Below are positions 57,104 to 64,000 of a stretch of DNA of 64,000 bases, one piece after another. The notes beneath the pieces were generated by a model. The model was not told where the DNA came from. It worked only from the letters and a program-made list of their open reading frames with translations, and searched no databases. A program made the position numbers and the translations under genes. Origin of the DNA: Ignavibacteriales bacterium (GTDB lineage Bacteria; Bacteroidota; Ignavibacteria; UBA10030; F1-140-MAGs086); the NCBI GenBank assembly GCA_018335975.1, contig JAGXRH010000024.1, positions 30,738 to 94,737 on the forward strand. The letters run 5' to 3'. Within the stretch, counting starts at the first letter, position 1. Each line of letters opens with the position of its first letter.

Positions 57104-58273
57104 ATGCCAAAAACAAAACCCGTTGATTACTACAACATAGAAAGTCTCCTTTCATCCGAAGAAATTCTCGTACGCGATACCGTGCGCGAATTTGTTGATG
57201 ATAACGTTCTTCCGATAATCGAAAAATGCTGCCGTGAAGGAAAATTTCCACTTGAACTCGTACCGAAAATGGCGGAATTGGGAATGTTTGGTCCTACGCT
57301 TCCGCAAAAATACGGCGGTTCGGATTTGAACAACGTTGCGTACGGATTGATGACGCAAGAACTTGAACGCGGCGATAGCGGTATCAGAAGTTTTGCTTCT
57401 GTGCAGAGCGGTTTGGTGATGTATCCGATTTATGCGTACGGAAATGAAGAACAAAAAATGAAATGGCTTCCGCAACTTGCCGCGGGAAAAAAAATAGGTT
57501 GCTTCGGATTGACGGAGCCGGATTTTGGTTCGAACCCGGGAGGAATGATTACGAGAGCGGAAGAAACTTCGAGCGGATATTTACTCAACGGCGCAAAAAT
57601 GTGGATTACCAACGGAACAATCGCCGATGTTGCAATTGTGTGGGCGAAATTGAATGGCGTTGTTCGCGGATTTCTTGTCGAAAAAGGAATGAAAGGTTTT
57701 ACTGCGCCGGAAATGAAAGGAAAACATTCACTTCGCGCATCGGTAACATCGGAATTAGTTTTTGACAACTGCGAAATTCCAAAAGAAAATTTACTGCCGA
57801 ATGTTGAAGGATTGAAAGGTCCGCTTGGTTGTTTATCGCAAGCGCGTTACGGAATTGCGTGGGGTGGAATTGGCGCAGCAATGGCGGCTTATGAATGTGC
57901 TTTGGGTTATGCAAAGTCACGTATTCAATTTGGAAAACCAATTGCATCATTTCAAATCACGCAAGAAAAACTTGTGTATATGGTTACGGAAATTACGAAA
58001 ATGCAACTCGTGTGCTTGCAACTCGGAAGAATGAAAGACAACAAGACAGTTCGCTTTCAACAAATATCGTTTGCAAAAAGAAATAATATTCATCACGCAT
58101 TGGAAATTTGCCGCATCGCGCGTTCGATTCTTGGTGCAAACGGAATTCTCGATGAATATCCCGTGATGCGACACATGGCAAATTTGGAATCGGTGATTAC
58201 GTACGAAGGAACTCACGAAATGCATACGCTGATTATCGGCGAAGATATTACGGGAATCGCGGCGTTTGTGTAA
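57104..58273 (+). CDS. Acyl-CoA dehydrogenase, glutaryl-CoA dehydrogenase-like
   Basis: 389 aa with the ACAD fold pattern (N-terminal helical, middle beta, C-terminal helical with YEGTHEMHTLIIGEDITG). Its length and motifs resemble GcdH. Confidence 0.8.
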   Translation: MPKTKPVDYYNIESLLSSEEILVRDTVREFVDDNVLPIIEKCCREGKFPLELVPKMAELGMFGPTLPQKYGGSDLNNVAYGLMTQELERGDSGIRSFASVQSGLVMYPIYAYGNEEQKMKWLPQLAAGKKIGCFGLTEPDFGSNPGGMITRAEETSSGYLLNGAKMWITNGTIADVAIVWAKLNGVVRGFLVEKGMKGFTAPEMKGKHSLRASVTSELVFDNCEIPKENLLPNVEGLKGPLGCLSQARYGIAWGGIGAAMAAYECALGYAKSRIQFGKPIASFQITQEKLVYMVTEITKMQLVCLQLGRMKDNKTVRFQQISFAKRNNIHHALEICRIARSILGANGILDEYPVMRHMANLESVITYEGTHEMHTLIIGEDITGIAAFV

Positions 58274-58291
58274 TAGTTAGCAGCAACCCTA

Positions 58292-59179
58292 ATGACGACA
58301 AAACTGATTTTAGTTTTCACATTACTTTTACAAATGTTGGTTGGGACGATTGCATCTGCTCATCCAGGTTCTGGAATTGTAGTTGATAAGTATGGACAGA
58401 TTTACTTTACCGATACAGGCAAAGGTGTTTGGAAAATTGATGCAAGTGGTAAGCTCACCTATTTGCCCGCATCCAAGTTTCATTGGATGACCATTGATGC
58501 GATTGGATACTTTGCAGAATCACCAAAAAATTTCGGAGAGTATTTTGAAAGAGTAACACCACAAAGCACCAAACCTGCTCTTATTATGTGTTCCGATTTT
58601 CCACTTGTTCTTGGCAAGGACGGAAATATTTATTATGCCGATACTCGTCACAGTTCAACAAAAATTATCCGAAGAACTCCTGACGGAAAAGAATCTGTAT
58701 TAGCAAGCGACAAGATGTTTGAATTCATCAGCGGTATTACTGTCGGTGGTGACGGCTCACTTTATATCACTGAGGCGAGTAATGCTAACGCTAACACAAT
58801 CCGAAAGATTACGATGAGTGGAACTGTATCAATCATTGCGACCTATATTGGAAAAAGCGGCAACGATTTACCATTGGAAACCTCGCCTTCCTATTGTCGT
58901 GGATTGGCTGTTGACTCAACAGGAACTATTTATATTGCTGCAACTGGAAGTCGCAGCGTACTCAAGATAACTCCTCAAGGTAAAGTAACAACCATTCTTC
59001 AGACAACAAGTCCTTGGACACCTACAGGCGTTGCAGTGTTTCACGGTGTAGTGTATGTGTTGGAGTGGCATGATGTAACTCCTGAAAATCTCGAAGTGCG
59101 TAGTGCGTGGATACCGAGAGTTAGAAAAATCGGAATTGACGGAAACGTAACAACTGTTGCAACCGTATCGCGTAACTGA
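58292..59179 (+). CDS. Secreted NHL/SMP-30-like six-bladed beta-propeller protein (foreign-looking codon usage)
   Basis: 295 aa with a signal peptide. Repeated G-x-IY-x-D/T-x-n blades are present (GQIYFTDTGKG; GNIYYADTRHS; GSLYITEASN; GTIYIAATGS). A/T-ending codons contrast with its neighbours. Confidence 0.5.
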   Translation: MTTKLILVFTLLLQMLVGTIASAHPGSGIVVDKYGQIYFTDTGKGVWKIDASGKLTYLPASKFHWMTIDAIGYFAESPKNFGEYFERVTPQSTKPALIMCSDFPLVLGKDGNIYYADTRHSSTKIIRRTPDGKESVLASDKMFEFISGITVGGDGSLYITEASNANANTIRKITMSGTVSIIATYIGKSGNDLPLETSPSYCRGLAVDSTGTIYIAATGSRSVLKITPQGKVTTILQTTSPWTPTGVAVFHGVVYVLEWHDVTPENLEVRSAWIPRVRKIGIDGNVTTVATVSRN

Positions 59180-59245
59180 AAAGTAGGGTGATGTCGATAA
59201 CATAATAAGAATGACATATAAATTTAAAGAAAGAATTATAACAAT

Positions 59246-60346
59246 TTGACTTCACCATTTTCAAAAAGAATTTCAGCGTTACGCGATGAATTGCATTCAC
59301 ACAACGTGGATGCAATTTTCATTTCGTTTCTTCCGCATCTTCGGTACGTTTCCAATTTTTCCGGCTCGTACGGATTGGGAATCATTTTAAAAAACTCGAA
59401 CCCCAAACCGCAAACCCCTAACCTTTTCTTCACCGACGGTCGCTATAAAGAACAAATAAAATCCGAACTTAACGGATGGAAAGTTTTTATCACGCGGGAC
59501 AATTTGATTGAGTTTATCAAAGAGAAAAAAATATTGCGTGGAATAAAAAACATTGGCTTCGATAAAAACACGCTTTCATTCGCAGAACATGCAAAACTTG
59601 TTGAAACTTTTCCGCACACAAAATTTATTCCGCTGGAAAATGTTTTTGAGAAGTTTACTTCAATCAAAGATGAAACGGAACTCGTTTCACTAAAGAAAGC
59701 AATAAAAATTACTGACGATGTTTTCACGGAAATTCTTTCTGCAATAGAAATTGGGATGACAGAAAGCGAACTCGCCGCAGAAATTTCTTTCTTGCAAAAA
59801 ATTCTTGGCGGAGAAACAGATGCGTTTGAGCCAATTGTTGCAAGCGGTTGGCGGGGAGCATTACCGCACGCACGTTCATCGCAAAAGAAAATCAAACGCG
59901 GCGAAATGCTGGTACTTGATTTCGGAACTGTTGTTGATGGTTATCATTCCGATATGACGCGAACAGTCGGCGTTGGAAAAATTTCGAGCGAGATAAAAAA
60001 TGTCTATCAAGTTGTAAAAGATGCGCAGCAACACGCCATTGATGCAGTGAAAAACGGAAAGGATGCGAAAGCAATTGATAGCGTAGCAAGAAATTATATT
60101 CGCAAAAAAGGCTACGGGAAATATTTTAATCACTCGCTGGGACACGGCGTTGGTTTGCAAATTCACGAAGCGCCAAAACTTTCTCCAACAAGCAAACACA
60201 CACTGCAAACCGGAATGGCAATTACGATTGAACCCGGAATTTATGTTCCCGAACTATGCGGAATACGAATTGAAGATATTGTTGTTGTGGAAAAAGATGG
60301 ATGCAAGGTTTTAACGCAAACGAGGAAGGAGTTAGTCGTGGTTTGA
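59246..60346 (+). CDS. pepP: Xaa-Pro aminopeptidase (M24B, PepP-like)
   Basis: 366 aa (TTG start). It has the M24 metal ligands and motifs (HGVGLQIHE, GMAITIEPGIY, IRIEDIVVV). It contains an in-frame family-B repeat remnant at 59391-59424 (KNSNPKPQTPNLF). The stop lies inside the repeat at 60340. Confidence 0.85.
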   Translation: MTSPFSKRISALRDELHSHNVDAIFISFLPHLRYVSNFSGSYGLGIILKNSNPKPQTPNLFFTDGRYKEQIKSELNGWKVFITRDNLIEFIKEKKILRGIKNIGFDKNTLSFAEHAKLVETFPHTKFIPLENVFEKFTSIKDETELVSLKKAIKITDDVFTEILSAIEIGMTESELAAEISFLQKILGGETDAFEPIVASGWRGALPHARSSQKKIKRGEMLVLDFGTVVDGYHSDMTRTVGVGKISSEIKNVYQVVKDAQQHAIDAVKNGKDAKAIDSVARNYIRKKGYGKYFNHSLGHGVGLQIHEAPKLSPTSKHTLQTGMAITIEPGIYVPELCGIRIEDIVVVEKDGCKVLTQTRKELVVV

Positions 60347-60404
60347 GGTTTGGGGTTTGTGAAATTATTTTTTTCTCCAACCGCAAATCTCCAACCACCA
60401 ACCA
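60340..60404. repeat. Palindromic intergenic element, family B
   Basis: Sequence ggtttgaggtttggggtttgtg-aaattatttttttct-ccaaccgcaaatctccaaccaccaacc. It has inverted arms, overlaps the pepP stop, and precedes the GT4 start. Confidence 0.5.
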
Positions 60405-60411
60405 ATTTGTT

Positions 60412-61686
60412 ATGAACGAACTCCGCAACATACTCGTCATAGCCTACTACTTTCCTCCAATGGGAATGAGTGGTGTGCAACGAACCTTAAAATTTTTAAA
60501 ATATCTTCCGCAATTCGGATGGAAACCAACAGTGTTGACTGTAACGCCGACGGGATATTTTGCACAAGACGAAAGTTTGCTCGATGAAATAAAAGACAAA
60601 GAAATTGATATCGTACGCGTTGGTTCGCTTGACCCGAATTGGTTGTTCCGAAAAAAAGGAACGGTCGAAATGCCATCGGAATTTGTGCGCAAAATTTTTC
60701 AATTCGGAAGTGACTCAGTTTTTATTCCCGACAATAAAATTTTGTGGAAGAACAAAGCGTTGAATGTTGCGCGGGAATTATTTCAACAGAAAAAATTTGA
60801 ACTCGTCTTTGCAACAGCTCCGCCGTGGACAGATTTTCTCATCGGTCACGAATTGCAAAAAGAATTCAACGTCCCGCTGATTATTGATTACCGCGATTCG
60901 TGGCTCAACAATCCGTTCAAATATTATCCAACGCCGCTTCATCGTTATTTGAATTTTCGGTTGGAAAAAAAAGTGTTGAAGAAAGCGACGAAAATTCTTA
61001 CCACCAATCGCCGCGTAAAAGAATTGATTTTGAAAAAACATCATCACTTGAGTTATCAAGACATTGTGATTCTCTCGCAAGGATTTGACCCGGAAGATTT
61101 TCCGAGTGATGTGTCAACGCCATTCAGCGAGAAACTAAAAATTACACATGCAGGAGTTTTTTACGGTGGAAGAAAGCCGCACACGTTGCTGCGGGGTTTA
61201 CAAAAATTATTTGTATCACATCCGAAGTTGAATGAAAAAATTTCCGTCGAGTTTATCGGCAAGGAACGCGAAGAAGACAAAAAACTTGTTGAAAAAATGC
61301 AATTGCAAAATGTCGTTTCATTTTCCGGTTATGTCAGTCATCGCGAATGTGTTCAACGTTTATGCACTTCTGACGTGTTGTTTCTTTCTGTTGATAATGA
61401 CACGCAATCGCCGGGGAAAGTGTACGAATATCTTGGCGCGCGAAAACCGATTCTCGCAAATGTTCCCGATGGATATTTGAAACAAATGATTGAAGATTCC
61501 GGCGCAGGATTTATCGTTGCACCAAATGATATTGAAGGAATGTCGAACACGCTCTTTCGTTTGCACCAGCAATTTGAAACGAGTATTCTTCCTCTTCCGA
61601 GCGAAGAGTACATTATGAAATTCGACCGCACTCGACTCACCGGAGAACTCTCACGCATTTTTGGTTTTTCACTTCACGCGGATTAA
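60412..61686 (+). CDS. Glycosyltransferase family 4 (GT-B, GT1/GT4-like)
   Basis: From MNELRNILVIAYYFPPMGMSGVQRTLKF (a typical GT4 N-terminus). The C-terminal half has the GT-B nucleotide-sugar-binding pattern (E-x7-E region around PGKVYEYLGARKPILA). Confidence 0.6.
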   Translation: MNELRNILVIAYYFPPMGMSGVQRTLKFLKYLPQFGWKPTVLTVTPTGYFAQDESLLDEIKDKEIDIVRVGSLDPNWLFRKKGTVEMPSEFVRKIFQFGSDSVFIPDNKILWKNKALNVARELFQQKKFELVFATAPPWTDFLIGHELQKEFNVPLIIDYRDSWLNNPFKYYPTPLHRYLNFRLEKKVLKKATKILTTNRRVKELILKKHHHLSYQDIVILSQGFDPEDFPSDVSTPFSEKLKITHAGVFYGGRKPHTLLRGLQKLFVSHPKLNEKISVEFIGKEREEDKKLVEKMQLQNVVSFSGYVSHRECVQRLCTSDVLFLSVDNDTQSPGKVYEYLGARKPILANVPDGYLKQMIEDSGAGFIVAPNDIEGMSNTLFRLHQQFETSILPLPSEEYIMKFDRTRLTGELSRIFGFSLHAD

Positions 61687-61690
61687 CGCT

Positions 61691-61740
61691 TCGACTTCGC
61701 TCAGCGTGACGAACAAAATAGTCATCCCGAGCGAAGTCGA
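61691..61740. other. 12-bp perfect inverted repeat (TCGACTTCGCTC ... GAGCGAAGTCGA) with 26-nt spacer, intergenic
   Basis: Directly visible between the GT4 stop and the epimerase start. It could form a stem-loop but has no T-tract. It may be a terminator, RNA element or protein site. Confidence 0.3.
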
Positions 61741-61764
61741 GGGAAGACAACTATTGAAATAAAA

Positions 61765-62700
61765 ATGAAAATACTTGTAACCGGTGGTGCAGGATTTATA
61801 GCATCACATATTGTTGATGCGTATATCAATGCTGGACATAACGTTTCCGTTGTTGATAATCTTTCAACGGGATTTGAAAAGAATGTAAATCCGAAAGCGA
61901 AATTTTTTAAGATAGATATTCGTTCGGAAGAATTACAAAGCGTGTTTGCAGAATTTCGTCCCGACATTGTGAATCATCACGCAGCGCAAATGGATGTACG
62001 AAAATCTGTTGCAGACCCAAGTTTTGATGCACAAATAAATATTCTCGGCGGTATAAATTTACTGGAATGTTGCAAAGAATACGATGTGAAGAAATTTATT
62101 TTCGCCTCAACTGGCGGAGCAATTTACGGCGAACAAGATTATTTTCCCGCCGATGAACAACATCCGCAAAGACCGCTTTCTCCGTACGGTATTGCAAAAC
62201 TTACAACGGAAAAATATTTATTCTACTACAATCAAGTTTTTGGTTTGAATTATACTGCGCTTCGATACGCAAATGTGTATGGTCCGCGACAAAGCACAAT
62301 GGGCGAAGCGGGAGTTGTTGCAATCTTTGCATCGAAATTGTTGAAAGGCGAACAACCGATTATCAACGGCGATGGAATGCAAACGCGCGATTATGTTTTC
62401 GTGGAAGATGTTGTGCAAGCAAATCTTCTCGTGTTGAATGATTCCGCTTCTACCGAATACAACATCGGAACGGGAATTGAAACAAACGTGAATGAACTTT
62501 TCAACACAATAAAAAAAATTTGTAACTCCAACGCAGAAGAAAAACACGGCGAAGCAAAAGCGGGAGAACAAAAACGCAGCGTTCTTACTTCTAAAAAAAT
62601 TTCTGAAAAACTTGGTTGGAAACAAACGGTAAAGGTTGAAGAAGGATTGAATCGAACAGTTGAATATTTCAAACAATTAAAAATGAAAAGTGAAAAATGA
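61765..62700 (+). CDS. NAD-dependent epimerase/dehydratase (UDP-glucose 4-epimerase GalE-like)
   Basis: 311 aa. It has MKILVTGGAGFIASHIVDAY (GxxGxxG Rossmann) and the YxxxK catalytic motif (SPYGIAK). Confidence 0.85.
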   Translation: MKILVTGGAGFIASHIVDAYINAGHNVSVVDNLSTGFEKNVNPKAKFFKIDIRSEELQSVFAEFRPDIVNHHAAQMDVRKSVADPSFDAQINILGGINLLECCKEYDVKKFIFASTGGAIYGEQDYFPADEQHPQRPLSPYGIAKLTTEKYLFYYNQVFGLNYTALRYANVYGPRQSTMGEAGVVAIFASKLLKGEQPIINGDGMQTRDYVFVEDVVQANLLVLNDSASTEYNIGTGIETNVNELFNTIKKICNSNAEEKHGEAKAGEQKRSVLTSKKISEKLGWKQTVKVEEGLNRTVEYFKQLKMKSEK

Positions 62701-62747
62701 AAAATGTTTTCTATTTTTTAACTTTTCATTTTTAATTTTGCATTTCG

Positions 62748-63710
62748 TTGAAAATGAATATTTCCCAACTTGCAGAACAAATACAGATTGGAGAACGCCG
62801 TTCAATCGCACGAGGTATTTCTCTCGTCGAAAACGAATCGCCGCAAGCATTGGAACTTTTGCGTTTACTATTTCCGAAAACAGGAAACGCTTACCGAATT
62901 GGAATTACCGGTCCGCCGGGAGCGGGAAAAAGTACCATCACAAATAAACTTGCTTTCCTCTACGCAAATCAAAATAAAAAAGTTGGCATCATCGCAGTTG
63001 ACCCGACAAGTCCGTTTACCGGAGGAGCATTGCTTGGCGATAGAGTGCGAATGACCGATGTGGAAATGAACGCGAATGTTTTTATTCGTTCAATGGCATC
63101 GCGTGGTTCGTTGGGAGGACTTTCAAAAAAAACAAAAGAAGCCGCAGATATTTTTGATGCCGCAGGATTTGAAATTATTCTGCTTGAAACCGTTGGCGTT
63201 GGACAATCGGAACTCGATATTGTGAGCGCAGCAGATACAACCGTTGTGGTGCTTGTTCCCGAAAGCGGCGATTCAATTCAAGCAATGAAAGCGGGATTGA
63301 TGGAGATTGCAGATTTTTTTGTGCTGAACAAAAGCGATAGACCGGGGGCGGAACAAGCAGTTATGTCTATTAAAACTGTTTTGGGATTAGCAACTCGTTA
63401 CGCGCAGCACACGGAAGAAACGTGGATTCCCGATGTTATTTCTACGGTGGGAAATGAAGGGAAAGGAATTGAAAAAATTGCAGAGATGATTACAAAACAC
63501 CGAACTTCGCTTGAACGAACAAACCAACTCACGAATAAACGGAGTGAACGCATTGAAGAACGCATCCGCGAACTTGTTACCGAAAAACTCCACCAAAATT
63601 TTTGGAATGAGTCGCGCGAAACGATGTTGAGAAACGAAATTGCTTCTGTTCTCTCGCACCAACGTACGCCGTACGATGCGGTGGAAGAGTTGGTGGAAAA
63701 TGTGATTTGA
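62748..63710 (+). CDS. meaB: Methylmalonyl-CoA mutase-associated GTPase MeaB/ArgK
   Basis: 320 aa. It has the Walker A GITGPPGAGKSTI, DPTSPFTGGALLGDR, ETVGVGQSE and NKSD motifs characteristic of MeaB. Confidence 0.85.
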   Translation: MKMNISQLAEQIQIGERRSIARGISLVENESPQALELLRLLFPKTGNAYRIGITGPPGAGKSTITNKLAFLYANQNKKVGIIAVDPTSPFTGGALLGDRVRMTDVEMNANVFIRSMASRGSLGGLSKKTKEAADIFDAAGFEIILLETVGVGQSELDIVSAADTTVVVLVPESGDSIQAMKAGLMEIADFFVLNKSDRPGAEQAVMSIKTVLGLATRYAQHTEETWIPDVISTVGNEGKGIEKIAEMITKHRTSLERTNQLTNKRSERIEERIRELVTEKLHQNFWNESRETMLRNEIASVLSHQRTPYDAVEELVENVI

Positions 63711-63840
63711 AGTATGCGTTTTCTTAAACCATAAACGGCCAGTCAAATTCCGCCCACCACCACTCCTTCGAACCGTTCATCAACCACATTTTACAAAAAA
63801 CAAAAACTTCTCCTATATTCTCGCTGAAAAATTATTCTGA

Positions 63841-64000
63841 ATGAAGCGATTTCTCTTGAACATATTTTCTCCGTTTGAAAAAGTTTTCCATTTTTTCTTT
63901 CCTCCATTGGAATGGCGATTACCGGCAACGCTTGTGTTTGGAACGTTGCTCGGAATCGGTTTTACCGTCCTGCGCGTTTCTAATGCTACATCCTACTTAT
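63841..64000 (+). CDS. 5' fragment of an unidentified membrane protein gene running off the window
   Basis: An ATG at 63841 opens MKRFLLNIFSPFEKVFHFFFPPLEWRLPATLVFGTLLGIGFTVLRVSNATSY with no stop before the window end. Function not recognisable from 53 aa. Confidence 0.25.
   Translation, partial: MKRFLLNIFSPFEKVFHFFFPPLEWRLPATLVFGTLLGIGFTVLRVSNATSYL

Noticed and set aside
60301-60411. N-terminal 37-aa extension of the GT4 ORF (MQGFNANEEGVSRGLRFGVCEIIFFSNRKSPTTNQFV)
   Set aside because: This stretch is translation through the family B palindromic element and overlaps pepP. The true start is the ATG at 60412 (MNELRNILVIAYYFPP).
1-64000. CRISPR arrays, tRNA/rRNA genes, integrases/transposases, prophage genes
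   Set aside because: No regularly spaced direct repeats with unique spacers were seen, and no T-loop-like GGTTCGAATCC-type tRNA signatures. No integrase, transposase or phage structural protein motifs appear among the ORFs. The islets appear to be repeat-bounded or bare insertions.

Overview
This 64 kb window is AT-rich chromosomal DNA from a bacterium that looks like an FCB-group organism (Ignavibacteria/Bacteroidota-like). Supporting observations are a protein with a T9SS C-terminal sorting domain, Bacteroidetes-style gene starts with little Shine-Dalgarno signal, and many GTG/TTG starts. Most of the window is housekeeping and accessory metabolism:
- mnmG(partial)-mnmE.
- A lipid A/LPS-related block (HtrB-like acyltransferase, GT9 heptosyltransferase, MsbA-like ABC exporter).
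- rtcB.
- xanthine dehydrogenase xdhA/xdhB.
- An ECF sigma/anti-sigma pair.
- A CzcCBA/CusCBA-type heavy-metal RND efflux operon.
- queE, sppA, trpF, msrB.
- A small-redox-protein cluster (YbjQ, PhzF, SQR-like, CBS, CDGSH).
- ispE, an ABC-F ATPase, two M16 peptidases, an M20 dipeptidase, a PduO-type B12 adenosyltransferase, a 1201-aa TPR protein, glutaryl-CoA dehydrogenase, pepP, glycosyltransferases, a GalE-like epimerase and meaB.
I found no CRISPR array, tRNA, rRNA, integrase or transposase. The most interesting content is listed below.
1. A roughly 3.7 kb AT-rich defence islet (7431-11135) carries a RelE/ParE-type toxin-antitoxin pair, two tiny ORFs and a type II R-M pair (alpha-class SPPY methyltransferase plus a candidate endonuclease).
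2. A Fic AMPylase and a TonB-C-terminal lipoprotein sit between xdhA and xdhB, next to a palindromic repeat.
3. Two families of short palindromic (MITE/REP-like) repeats occur throughout, one built on CACGAAT/ATTCGTG 7-mers and one on GGTTTG/CAAACC units. Both families, and related 7-bp tandem repeats, are also found in-frame inside coding regions (czcA, the TPR gene, pepP, a hypothetical gene).
4. The ogt gene is disrupted, with two stop codons about 9 nt apart across a frame change and a repeat-derived 3' end.
5. Two single-gene insertions with foreign-looking codon usage are present. One (41111-42250) is a 379-aa protein with a possible PD-(D/E)xK signature wedged between a GalT-like gene and ispE. 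The other is a secreted NHL beta-propeller protein (58292-59179).
All functional calls rest on motif and family recognition by eye, with no database search.
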